A stretch of 64,000 nt of DNA from the NCBI GenBank assembly GCA_032718475.1, contig JAUCBJ010008490.1, forward strand, positions 1 to 64,000, in the 5' to 3' direction. Shown piece by piece: positions 22,821 through 35,839 of this stretch. Numbering within the stretch: position 1 is the first letter of the stretch; every line of letters begins with the position of its first letter. The position numbers and the translations under genes are program-made. The DNA is from Nemertoderma westbladi (lineage: Eukaryota; Animalia; Xenacoelomorpha). The notes under the pieces are model-generated. The model made no database searches and had not been told where the DNA came from. It worked only from the letters and a program-made list of their open reading frames with translations.

Positions 22821-25800
22821 TTAATGGTCGTGCAATAGTGGGAAAAAGGCAAGATCAGGAGTAGACCTACTGGTTTCTGGGAGTTCCAGGCAGCAAACTT
22901 TGGTTAACCGGTTTGGGTGTAGAATAACATGATGTTCAGATGTTTTATTTTCAGTTTTATAAATTCCAAGATTTACAGAACTGGTTGGAAATTCGAAGAG
23001 TGGGAACAAAGCCCCAAATCCGACCATTACACATTGGATTGCTAATGTGAGCTTATGTTGTAAAATAAAAATAACTTTATAGAATGATTTTGTTTCACTA
23101 CAGAACACAATATTGTCTGGAAACTTTGTTGTAATAATAAATTTGTATGATTCAACAGCAGAATAACCATTGAAATCCAGTTCGTATTCAACTGGCAACC
23201 TTACAGTAGTCTTACTGCACACAAAGTTTGTATCGACATCGAGAGCAACTGGGCGTCCACCAACAGTCATATTATAATACGAAAGTTCTTGAATTCTGCG
23301 ACAGAGCTGAGGTAATGGTTTAGCATAGGATCGTACAGTTCGCTTTATTTGATATAAAAAAGATTCGAACCGAAACGCTGATATATTGGACAATGTGCCA
23401 TGTAATTTTACATCACCTGCAAGATGAATCAGCGAGTGCATATTGTATGAAAGAAATACTGGTGAATAAATTTGTGGAACTAATGTAACAAATTTACGCA
23501 GAAGTTTGTCAGCATAATCTACAACATCAATATCAAAGCATGTGCTTAACAAGCGAATTGCAACATGCAGACAAAGGAAATGTTTATATTGTTCTTCTGG
23601 AAGTATCCCTTTAACCACAACGGGCCCAGTATACAGTAAGAATTGTCGAAATTCAGTCGCTTTCCATCTATCAATAAATACCAAGGAGCGAGGTTTTCTG
23701 GCAAATTCTCGTGGCATAACTATCGATTGTAAATGGTGTGACATTTGAACGATTTCATCAGAGTGACATTTAATGAATGACTTCCCTCTAACCCAACCCC
23801 TCAATAACTTTCGCATAACTCCTAAATATACCTGATGCATAACATCAATGGGAAACTGTTCAACCATTTTGATAGGCAGCTTTTCCAAAATTGAATATCC
23901 AACATGATGCTGCCCATCAGCTTTTACTCTAAAAGATTGGTCCGTTCGTTGGTCTGCATTAACTTTAACAAATTTAACACTACCCCCTACATATGTACCT
24001 TTACACGAAGTGGGGCCTTCGCGCAGCACGTGAAATGAGTTAATGCTAAGTATCAACTCGAAAGGATTATAAAAACATAGGAGAAGATTTTCCCGGAAAA
24101 CGTTAACCCTCTAGCGGGAGACTGGGTAACTGAAGAAGGAAGGATTAGTTTCCCTACAAAGCCACAGCCTATGGTCTATTACATATCTACCAAGTTTCCG
24201 ATTGACGGATCATAAATAACGAAATGTTGGAAGGTTTTCACTTTCATACATTTAGCCCTCTAGCGGCATATTAAAGAACTACGGATCGATCACCTTCCTC
24301 ACAAAGACGAGGCATGTGGTCTAGTACATACCGGTACTGTATATTCCAAAATTCAGCTTAAATAGATTAAGATCAAGGAATTCGTGAAGGTTATCACTTT
24401 CCTACATTTCGCCCTCTAGCGGCAGACTCGAAAACTCCGGACCGATTACTGTCCACACAAAGACTTAGGATGTCTTCTAGTACATATATGACAAGTTTCA
24501 GCTTGATCAGATCATAAATAACTAAATGGGAGATTAATTTCACTTTCGGGACATTTTGCCCTCTAGCGGCAGACTGGAGAACTGCAGACAGATTAGCCTC
24601 CTTTGAAATTTACAGCTAATGGTCTAGTACATACTTCCCAAGTTTCAGCTTAAACGGATTAAAAGCAAAGAAATGGGTGGCCATTTAATGTTTAGACATG
24701 TGGCCCTCTACCGGCAGACTGGAAAACTTCGGACCGATTACAATCCACACAAAGACTCAGGATGTCATCTAGTACATATATGACAAGTTTCAGCGTAATC
24801 AGATCATAAACAACTAAATGGAAGAATAATTTCACATTCGGGACATTTCGCCCTCTAGCGGCAGACTGGAGAGCTGCAGACAGATTAGCCTCCTTTGAAA
24901 TTTACAGCTAATGGTCTAGTACATACTTCCCAAGTTTCAGCTTAAACGGATTAAAAGCAAAGAAATGGGTGGCCATTTAATGTTTAGACATGTGGCCCTC
25001 TACCGGCAGACTGGAAAACTTCGGACCGATTAAAATCCACACAAAGACTCAGGATGTCATCTAGTACATATATGACAAGTTTCAGCGTAATCAGATCATA
25101 AACAACTAAATGGAAGAATAATTTCACATTCGGGACATTTCGCCCTCTAGCGGCAGACTGGAGAACTGCAGACAGATTAGCCTCCTTTGAAATTTACAGC
25201 TAATGGTCTAGTACATACTTCCCAAGTTTCAGCTTAAACGGATTAAAAGCAAAGAAATGGGTGGCCATTTAATGTTTAGACATGTGGCCCTCTAGCGGGA
25301 GACCATTGCACTGATGGTGTCTGAAAGTCTCTCAAAAATCTCAACTTTTGCTCATATTGATACCTACAAATTTTCAACTTGGCAGCTTTAAATCCGACAA
25401 AGTTATTAGCATGTCAAAATCGTAACGACGACAACGATTTCACTTTCAGACCTTTGGCCCTCTAGCGGCAGACTGGAGAACTGCAGATGGATTCGCCTCC
25501 TTTGAAAGTCACAGCTAATGGTCTAATACATATCTGCCAAGTTTCAGCTTAAACGGATTAAAAGCAAAGAAATGGGAGGGCATTTAATGTTTAGACATGT
25601 GGCCCTCTAGCGGGAGACCATTGCACTGATGGTGTCTGAAAGTCTCTCAAAAATCTCAACTTTTGCTCATATTGATACCTACAAATTTTCAACTTGGCAG
25701 CTTTAAATCCGACAAAGTTATTAGCATGTCAAAATCGTAACGACGACGACAACGACGACGACGACAACGACGACGACGACAACGACGACGACGACGACGA

Positions 25801-26971
25801 CGACAACTATTTGCATAAATTGACCCACCCCCTAACAGTGTCAATTCGCTAAGGCTCCGCCAACTTCGTGGCTCGCCCCACAACAACATTTGTCACAACC
25901 ATAGTACCCAGAATGTGACTTTATTCGCAGAATATAGGTTTTGGCCGGATAATCGCAAACAAAATTCTGAAGTTTAAGTGAGATTGAAAATTTCCCAACT
26001 ACAATTTGCTGAGTTAGTAACAGCTGCAGCTCATTTACAAGGTCTTCGAGAAACATATTCACATCATTAGGCTTGCATGGACCACAGTACAAACCAAACA
26101 CTGCTGGGTAAGACTGAACACCATTAGGTGTTGCTTTGTAGTGGAAGTCACCTAAAATAGGCCAAAATTCTGTACTTGAACTGGTGAAGAGAGGCAACCC
26201 ATCTATATTGATACAAAGCCAAATAACAACTTTATTTTGATTATCAGATTGTGCAGATCCACCTAACCTACGAAATACATGTTCTTGATTACAAAAGTTG
26301 ACAAGATGGGCCTCAACCCCAAAATACGTGTACCAACCAGTGCCTATATTTTTAAGTGACGGTTTATTGCGCGGCGTTTTTAGTAATGTCCTAGCATCAG
26401 TTGGTCCTAGCTTAGTTCTCAGCGATAAGCGTTCATCATCAGACTCTGCTTCCATAGAAAGTTGTAAATTGTGAGAATGGTCCGGTGTGGGACTACTACT
26501 GTTGTAACTGCTCACACTAGAATCTGAACACTGCAAGGACTCATCAGAACTGCTTTCAATGACACTGCAAGAGTCTGGCACAAACAAATTACCTGGAATA
26601 TTTGCATCACCTTGAAAGGCATCTCTCTGAACATTGGGCAAATTTTGACATTGAGCTATATCAGTAGAACTTGTAATAATTGTATTTGTTGACACTGGAA
26701 TACTGATGGTATTACAAGGAGAGTATACAGAAATAGTTGGGATGATGGGAGAAGTAACAGCACTGGCAGTAGCGGTTGTAAAGGATTGTAGAGTCGTAGT
26801 GGTTGTTTCACTACCAAGAACAGTAATATTGTTCTCATTACTTGTTTCTAAAAATAATTCAGAATCATCCAAATTCGACAAATTAGCAATGATTGATCGC
26901 GATGATCGCCATGCTCTATTTCTCACCGTACTGTTACATACATATTTGGTATGCTTCGAAGAAGAGGACAT
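22821..26971 (-). pseudogene. EnSpm/CACTA-type transposase split by an insertion (26971-25883 plus 24005-22821 = 757 aa)
   Basis: Motifs DARTLLKTP, INIDGLPL...FWPILG, VCDYPAK, HSGYYGCDKC, PIDVMHQVYLGV, WKATEFRQFLLY, YNMHSLIHL, SAFRFES; removing 24006-25882 restores one frame (GCDKCCCKGTY). Confidence 0.92.
24006..25879 (-). mobile_element. Non-autonomous GGGGCGAGCC-family element (Helentron/HINE-like) with an internal ~146/292-bp tandem array and a (CGA/CAA)n microsatellite
   Basis: Boundaries fixed by the interrupted transposase frame; ACA on both flanks; dimer units at 24558, 24850, 25142; microsatellite 25741-25806. Confidence 0.85.
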
Positions 26972-29900
26972 TGTTTTACAAATATACTAATATAGGCCCA
27001 TGTAATGTAAGAATACCAGACTTTCTGCCGTTATATTTCACTTTGCAGTTACCCCCATGTGAAGAATACCAGACTTTCTGCCGTTATATTTCACTTTGCA
27101 GTTACCCTCATATGAAGAATATACCAGATTTTCACCAAAAAAACAGGTTACAGAAGGGCAGTATCTAACCAAAACAATAAACGAATTAGTATATTATGTA
27201 CTGGAATTAAGACAGAAATAAACATTAAGCTATAAAACACTTAATAAAGATAAATAATAAAAAAAAAATCTTCATATATAAAATACCAATAAAAAGTCGA
27301 CCGAAAAGTGAAATCCTGGTATTCTTCACATGGGTGCAAATATAATACGTAGGTATACACTATTATGTTAAGTTTCGAAATTAAGTAACATGTTTGAGGA
27401 AAGTTATTGTTCAAAATATTAATTATGTATTTAGGCCTATATGACGCTGAATTAAGTATCACTTTATAGGATAAAGATCGCTTTGTTTATATACGCCGTG
27501 TCGTGCGAAGCAAGGAAAACATCGAATAGAAATAAATGAATTAATGAAAGTAGGCCCTACAGGTTGAATACCGGTACAATAAAGTCTTGGTTTACGTACA
27601 GAATGTACTAAAAGCCAAAGTGTGATGTTGCTACACTGTACTGTACTTTATTTAAATCGAATAGTTGTTATCTTATTCTTCTCGTCGTACTTTAAGTTTT
27701 AATATTTTTAACCTAGAAAAGAACGTGAAATGAAATTTCCCATCTAAATCCCGGAAATCAAAAAGTAAAAAAAATGTTTTAAAAGAGTTTATTTTAGCAC
27801 CGCACAAGGTAAGTATGTGGGTTAAATTTAACGAAAAAATAATTATAAACTGAATACTGAATATACTGTCATACTGCAGATAATAGGCGTAAAATATTTT
27901 AGAAATATAAATTGCTTGCAGAATAAGATACAAGATTTACAACAAGATTCACATTCTGAATGCTATCCTTGATAAAATTGAACTAAGAAAGTATGGAAAG
28001 TGCCAGACTAACTTGCCAGACTAATCTAAACAGTAATAACTAAAATGCAGCATGCCAATCCCAGTAGTAGAGGGTGCGCTCAGACCCTTTTCTGAAAGTG
28101 AAAGTTCGTCAAAAGAGAAAGAGAAAGCATGTCCCTAAACCGCTCTTTAGACATTCTATATCATCCATTTTCGATTTTCCGCAAACATGTCAAAATTTCA
28201 AAGCTTAATGAACTGAATAACCAGCTACTCGCATCTACTGTATCAGCACAGTTTTGGTACATTGGTACTGGTACACACATTACCGGTAGGGCCTACATAC
28301 AGTTGGCCTACAGTATAACCTGACTGCCTTAGTAGGCAGTTTGCTGTTACTATGTATGTATATTATATAGGCCTACAATAGTTTACTACCACACTCTATA
28401 AGGCTGTAAGTAAAATACATTGGGCAAGAACTATTCCGCCTGTCTTATATGGCGTGAGAAACTTGTTCACATAATTCTGACAATTTTTGAACCTTAAATG
28501 CATTGCAAATGAACCGTTTCTATGGATATATATTATTTGAACGGTATTTAAACTGTTTGAGATTAGTTCATTAATAGTGTACTTTTTAATAATTAAGTGT
28601 ATCCATTTATGGTCAGCTTTTGAACAAATTATGAATGGTTCATGTATAGATACGATTTTTAAACGTTAGTTGTTCTAAACGGCATATAAACCGTCATCAT
28701 ACATACACCATACTTCAACGTTAGGTTTTTTCCTAAATCGACATACCTGACACGTTCAATGATGATAACGAATTATGTACGTTGCAAATCAGTACATTGT
28801 TCTGGACGTTCATACTACTGTCCTTATTTTCAACGTTATTTATCGTTCATGAACGATTTGTGCTACTAGGGAAAGTATTCCCATCTCGATGATGGGAATT
28901 AATCAGTCTGTCAGTAATCCGATGGGATTCACAGATTCAAATCCCATCTCGAAGTAACAGCAAAACAATAAACACGAAAGTCAATAGCTTTACAGTTATA
29001 TTTGATTGCATTGAAAGTTAATAGAAAGAAGAAGTTAAATTGCATATCCATTAAAATATCATGAAATTGATACGGCAGTTTAGTAGATTAAAACCGCCAC
29101 AGCAAGATTTATAAAATGAAAAATAAGTAAAATCAGCACACAATATTATAAATTTAGACATTGAAGACAATTTAATAAACAAATACTATAAAAAAATATC
29201 TACTAACAATCAATACATGATATATATAATATATATAATATATATACATCATCGACTACCATCGCCACTCTGGTTCAATCAGTCAGTCCAGTATCATTGT
29301 TAGCGTTTTGTTGAATTACCCACTCATCCTCAGACCCTCATGGACACCGACGACGAGCTCTAACCCTAACCGTTAGTCGATTCCTCCTTGACTGGACAGG
29401 TTTGGGCCGTTCGGCCCATACAAAGTCATTAGCCTCCATGCCTGAACCCGCAGGATCGTAAGATCTACAGTATGTATCGGTATATCGTTCAGTCGTTTTT
29501 TCCTTTGTCAGTACTGTAGTATTGATAGGGTCCGTCTCGTGGGTATTCAGGGGACCCCCATTCGACGTATTCGCATCTCCTCCTGGTTGTTTCGGGTACC
29601 ACCGCCCGCCATATGCGCATCTCTTCGTGGTTATTCCGGGTACCACCCCCGTTCGCCGCATTCGCATCTCATCGAGGAAGTTCGGGTCCGGGTACCCCGT
29701 GTAGGCCTATTCATTCATCATTGTTGTTTTTAAAGACCTACCTACACCTACCTACATTCACCCTACACGTGCACCTACATGTAGGCTACACATACCTACA
29801 TGTAGCCTCTATGTAGGCTATACCTCTACGCAAAAGTTATACCAGAATTAGGTTAGAGGGTCCGTTGGCGCCGTACCGCCCTACTACTGTCAGTGTCAGA

Positions 29901-30849
29901 CTGTAGAACCGGACTGGTAGCAACTGCCAACTACAGAACTACCGGTACGGTACCGGCAACCGGTACTGAACTACGGCAGAAAATGAATTTCTTCGTTTGC
30001 GGTTTCTACTCTTGTTAACGGTTAAATATATTAATTAAAGACTATGTATTGGTAATTGGTACGACCGACGGCACCGGCAACTGGTATAATCAGATGTAGA
30101 TGTACATACCAATCTGCCAATACAACAATAGCAATAGGCCTACCCCTACCAACCATCCATCGACTCGGCAACTGCAACAATGGAAGTTATGCGGACTAAC
30201 CAGCTGACCGGCATTCTAAGATCAGGTACCCACTACCAGAGTCTACCCAGCTGCCCAGAAAAGTGTTGGAATTGAAATCAAACAACTCACCACCAAGGCC
30301 GCCTCTGTGTGTTGTGTTGACCTCGACTTTCGGTATCGCTGCCGCTACGGGCAAACTGGACTAACCGAAACCAAGGATGAAATAATCCGGTTTTTTAATC
30401 TCACTCTGCCATCACCCAGTGCCTGGCGGTGTTGAAATTGACACGCATTGTACAAGCAGTAGGCCTATTGCTCCGAGTTTCCGGCTGGTCGGGTGCAACT
30501 ACTGCATCTACAGATCTACATTGCCACACTATAACTCGGGCTCATGAGGACGAGTACTGCGTAGACTATATTCCTATAAACCAAAACCATACCTGGCTTC
30601 GCCTATTGAACGCATTATAAAGATCGTCAGTCTTCGTTTAGGAAAGATATTTAAATACAAAACAGGACGAGCACAACAAGACTTATAATGAAGACGAGTA
30701 CTGCGTTGACTATTATTATTATATAAACCACCTGGCTTCACATATTGAACGCATCCCTTGTTATTATTATTATAAATATCGTCAGCCTGCGTTTAAGAAA
30801 TATATTTAAATACAAAACAGGACGAACTCAATGAGGCTTATAATGAAGA

Positions 30850-32337
30850 TTTACACAATACAAGATATTACAAAAATTAGGCGAGTTTGGATTCCACAAC
30901 ACTGCTATCTCTATGCTGCGCACTTTTTTAGTAAACAGATATCAAAGAGTGAAACTCAACGGAACCACTTCTGAGTGGAAACTAATCAATCACGGAATTC
31001 CACAGGGAACACTCCTTGGCCCGATTATATTTTTAATGTATGTAAATTCCATAGCTAGCAAAAGTAAACTCCAACTAATCCAATATGCAGACGACACCTT
31101 AGTATACTGTCATGATAAAAATCCAAACAGAGCTGCAATATCATTGAGTAAACACATAAATGAACTAAAGGACATTTTTAGCTATTTGCACCTCAAACTA
31201 AATAACGATAAGACTGAATTCATGTTAATATCCCCAAATTCTAGAACAGACGAGATAAATAGCATACAACTGGATCTCAGTGAGGATACAAATAAACAGA
31301 CTAACATTCCACAATCTACACACATCAATTACCTTGGTCTAACCATTGACAACAAACTTGAATGGCGCGAACAAATTAAGATCACCTCAAATAAAATGAT
31401 CCAGGCCGTCTCTGGACTTCGGCAGATAAAGGGTCAGCTACCAGTAGGCACAAAACTAAATATTTATAAGGCTACAGTATTACCATACCACAATTACTGC
31501 TGTGAAGTACTAGTATCATTGCATAATGTCCACGGCTTTAAACTATCTTATATAGCTTAGAGAAAATACAAAACTATGGACTTCGCATTGTCCATAGCAA
31601 AAAGATTTCTGATATTTCTGGCACCGAATTACGTCGTCTATCAAAACTACCAACACTAAGAGCCCTTAGGGAATATTTTGCTTTACGATTTTTTTATCAA
31701 TATATATTCAAAATTACCAAACCATTCCAAAACTTAGAACTACCATTTATTAGCAACAGTCAGAAACAACTATTAAACCCGAGAACGAATAAAGTAAAAA
31801 TTCCAATAACGAAAAACACAATATCATACAACAGCGCTATGTTAAGTTTTGCACGCCTATGGAACTGCACAAATAAAACACTAACACTCCTAAGGCAATA
31901 CAAGGAATTCATGCGCGCGTTAAAAAAACACTTTCATACAAAATACGACAGAAATGCAATTACATAACTTCAACTATTCACATTTAGGTTACAATTATTC
32001 AACCGCTTTTTAACGAACAGTATTATTAACTGCCACTAGCCCTACATTGCAACCTGCTATACTTATTGGTGATTATTATTTATTGTGCTGTTATATTAGT
32101 GTCAATTACGATTGTGTGTGTATGAGTATGTATAAATATATTTGAGTGAGTGTTTAATACTAGTAGTATGTATTGTAGCATAGATTTAGATTTAGAACAA
32201 ATAACGTGCGGCTGCTGACGCTTATTCATCACCAATCATCAGCCATGTCTGGGCCATCCAGACGGGCTGCCTCCATATGTTTTTTAAACATCGGAGTTTT
32301 GATGAATAAAAGATTTTAACTAACTAACTAACTAACT
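30850..32337 (+). mobile_element. 5'-truncated CR1/L2-like LINE (RT pseudogene 30850 to ~31966) with (AACT)n tail
   Basis: GIPQGTLLGP, QYADD, KTEFM, YLGLTIDNKLEW; LEKIQNYGLRIV follows a frameshift near 31555; aataaa then (aact)5; flanks rejoin as the tandem-repeat unit. Confidence 0.88.
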
Positions 32338-32399
32338 AAGACGAGTACTACGTTTATTATATTCCTATAAACCACATGGCTTCGCATATTGAATGTGCG

Positions 32400-33070
32400 A
32401 TTGGAAATAAGTTTGTGCTACCCTTCCGTGGGTGGTAGATGTCGCGGTTATGTATTGGTTGGTGGGAAGGGGGGGGGGGGGGGGGGCAGATTAAAAGGGG
32501 TGAACACGTACTGTCCCCCTTTCTTTGATTGATTGGCGGTGTGGTTAAATTTCTCAAATACTGATTTTGTGATACAGTCGCTCAATTTTAATTTGTATCT
32601 CATAACTGGGCCTCGTGCTGCGCGAAGGCCCCACGAACGTGTCGTTCTGTCGCTTTTTTTGCAGTGTTCAATTTTAAACGTTAATAACTCGGCCAATCTT
32701 CGATGAAATCTATCCAAACTTGGTACACATGTTGTTTGGCAAAAGTTTAGAAATTTTCCAAGTTGAATTTTCGTGTGGCCTTCGAGAAGCTAAGATAATA
32801 GCAGTTAATTAGTTAATTAAATTGATTACGGTAAAAACAGCACTTTCAACCTGCCTGTTAAAGGAAATTAATTGTTTTACAGTATAAGACTTCAATAATT
32901 ATAATTAAAAATTATACAGATGTAATCCACATACGCCATTCTATTATAGTTTTTAATTAGTTCAAGTGATTTGCTTTAATAATTGTGTCTTTAATTGATC
33001 TTAAGTAATTAAAACGGCATAAAAAATTGATTCTCTTTAAATACTGCTCATTTATTGGCCAACATGCTGG
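32400..33070. mobile_element. Fragments of GGGGCGAGCC-family elements: a 3' end at 32639 (GTGCTGCGCGAAGGCCCCACGAACG|TGT) joined to the body of a 4946-type copy
   Basis: 32643-32830 matches 5282-5460; 32660-33070 matches 50427-50830. Confidence 0.65.
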
Positions 33071-34467
33071 TACATAGCTGGAAGGATGTGTGTGTAAGGC
33101 AGCAGCCAGTTGCTGGGAATGATTATTGGTCAAGTCTCTGCTGGTGTGGAGCTAGCTGGCTTGGAGTTGTGGCTGTAGACTAACCAGAGAGGAATAGTAA
33201 TAGGCAACCAGTATTGCTATTCCAGCCCAGACAGCATTCTTTAAATCCAACATCCCAACATCCTTCCTTTATTCCAATTCCTATTGACTCTACTATAAAT
33301 GTTGTATTGCTATCTCAGGTAAATGACAGATATAATAACATAAATACAATCCATGGCATGGCTGTTGTGTAGGCTTCTGAAATAGTTTATTCCACAATGT
33401 ATTTGTCTGGTTATTTTTTAATTGAATTTTTGGAAAGTAGTGAAATTAATGTTCTTAAAAATAATATTATTATTTTATATGTAACCAAGGAGATTAGCTA
33501 CATTTTTTCGCTGCAGCTTTAAGAGTGTACATTGATTTAATATTATTTCAATACCCATATTACTACATCGGCATAAGATGCGTTGGCGTTGTATCACACA
33601 TCTCCATATATCACACATATCCACATAGATGTATCAACAGTTACTCGCACAGTTTCGAAGCTTCGCATAGTTATAACTGTATAAAGATCGTCAGTCTGCG
33701 TTTAGGAAAAATATTTTATGACAAAACAGGACAAGCGACGAGCGCAACGAGGCATATAATGAAGACGAGTACTGCGTAGACTAAATTATTATATAAACCA
33801 CCTGGCTTCACACATTGATCGCATCCCTAGTTATTATTATTATAAAGATCGTCCTAGCCTGCGTTTAAGAAATATATTTAAATACAAAACAGGACGAACG
33901 CAACGAGGCATATAATGAAGACGAGTACTGCGTAGACTATATTCCTATAAACCATACCTGGCTGCGCCTATTGAACGCATCGATAGTTATAAAGATCGTC
34001 ATTCTGCGTTTAGGAAATATATTTAAATACAAAACAGGACGAGCACAACGAGGCTTATAAAGAAGACGAGTACTGCGTAGACTATATTCCTATAAACCAT
34101 ACCTGGCTGCGCCTATTGAACGCATCGATAGTTATAAAGATCGTCATTCTGCGTTTAGGAAATATATTTAAATACAAAACAGGACGAGCACAACGAGGCT
34201 TATAAAGAAAACGAGTACTGCGTAGACTAAATTATTATATAAACCACCTGGCTTCACACATTGATCGCATCCCTAGTTATTATTATTATAAAGATCGTCC
34301 TAGCCTGCGTTTAAGAAATATATTAAATTAGATATAAAGCGGTAGGCTATTGCCAGTGGTTCCATTTAAATAATAATAAATATAAATTACCATAAGCAAA
34401 GTATAGCATATAGGTAAGTATTAGGGGTCTACACTGGCTGAATATTGCAATGAAAACGCTGAATTTG

Positions 34468-34502
34468 GTGAACGTTTTCGCCCTACCGGGCTACGTCAGA
34501 CC
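34468..34502 (-). ncRNA. Degenerate Penelope-type minimal hammerhead ribozyme motif
   Basis: Minus strand ggtCTGACGTA-GCCC-ggta-GGGC-GAAAacgttcac; the core deviates from CUGANGA at one position. Confidence 0.35.
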
Positions 34503-35839
34503 TATTATATTAATAAATCATAATGGAGTAATTAAATTCAGTTCGAAATTCCCGCCACCTAAATAAAGCAAAAAGTCTCCAGAATAAAATATATATTTAT
34601 CCAAACTTACATAAAGTAAAAAGCTAATCGTGTCTCTAAGTAGCTCTCTTACTATTATTATAAAAACAAAAACCCCAAAACGCTCAGTTTCTACTCAGTA
34701 TAACAAGTAAGGTAATATACGGCCAAACACACATTAGCAACCCCTATATGTGTACTATCCATTCCCAAAAATATTCAATATGCGCGCTGCTCGTTAAGTA
34801 AGTTAGATTAAGGTTAGGTTAATGAATAGGTCTAACTGTAGATTATGCAATGTATAAGTTTAAGTGCAAACATAAGTAATATTGAAAATAATGCATAAAA
34901 CAACAGATTAAGACAAACCAAAAACATTCAGTATGCGCGCTGCTCGTTAAGTAAGTTAGATTAAGGTTAGGTTAATGAATAGGTCTAACTGTAGATTATG
35001 CAATGTATAAGTTTAAGTGGAAAAATAAGTAATATTGAAAATAATCATAAAAACAACAGATTAAGACAAACCAAAAACATTCAGTATGCGCGCTGCTCGT
35101 TAAGTAAGTTAGATTAAGGTTAGGTTAATGAATAGGTCTAACTGTAGATTATGCAATGTATAAGTTTAAGTTCAAAAAAAAATAAGTAATATTGCAAATA
35201 ATGCATAAAAACAACAGATTAAGTCAAACCAAAAATATTCAATATGCGCGCTTCTCGTTAAGTAAGTTAGATTAAGGTTAGGTTAATGAATAGGTCTAAC
35301 TGTAGATTATGCAATGTATAAGTTTAAGTGAAAAAATAAGTAATATTGAAAATAATGCATAAAACAACAGATTAAGACAAACCAAAAACATTCAATATGC
35401 GCGCTGCACGTTAAGTAAGTTAGATTAAGGTTAGGTTAATGAATAGGTCTAACTGTAGATTATGCAATGTATAAGTTTAAGTGGAAAAATAAGTAATATT
35501 GAAAATAATGCATAAAAACAACAGATTAAGACAAACCAAAAACATTCAGTATGCGCGCTGCTCGTTAAGTAAGTTAGATTAAGGTTAGGTTAATGAATAG
35601 GTCTAACTGTAGATTATGCAATGTATAAGTTTAAGTGAAAAAATAAGTAATATTGAAAATAATGCATAAAACAACAGATTAAGACAAACCAAAAACATTC
35701 AATATGCGCGCTGCTCGTTAAGTAAGTTAGATTAAGGTTAGGTTAATGAATAGGTCTAACTGTAGATTATGCAATGTATAAGTTTAAGTGGAAAAATAAG
35801 TAATATTGAAAATAATGCATAAAAACAACAGATTAAGAC

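Larger units (their letters stand above)
18079..28871 (-). mobile_element. Animal EnSpm/CACTA (CMC superfamily) DNA transposon
   Basis: TIR CCCTAGTAGCACAA / TTGTGCTACTAGGG, 2-bp TSD AA, AACG-rich subterminal regions, transposase followed by a second gene on the same strand. Confidence 0.88.
16644..29844. mobile_element. Mutator-like (MULE) element shell with ~105-bp TIRs, expanded to 13.2 kb by nested insertions
   Basis: TSD GAATTAGGT at 16635-16643 and 29845-29853; left TIR (16644-16717 plus 17438-17465) is the reverse complement of ~29741-29844. Only weak possible transposase debris (WNDAF...SILKFI, minus strand, ~17710-17755). Confidence 0.85.
30540..34325. repeat. Fragmented ~143-153 bp tandem repeat (30540-30850, 32338-32400, 33680-34325)
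   Basis: Recurrent gaagacgagtactgcgtagact...aaagatcgtca...aaatacaaaacaggacga units, interrupted by a LINE and other insertions. Confidence 0.85.

Noticed and set aside
25689-25889. Protamine-like Arg-rich ORF
   Set aside because: It is a translation of the (CGA/CAA)n microsatellite in the inserted element.
29338-29816. GC-richer ORFs near the right MULE TIR
   Set aside because: Short, with stops on both sides and three imperfect ~47-bp repeats; possibly a decayed element exon but no motif supports a call.
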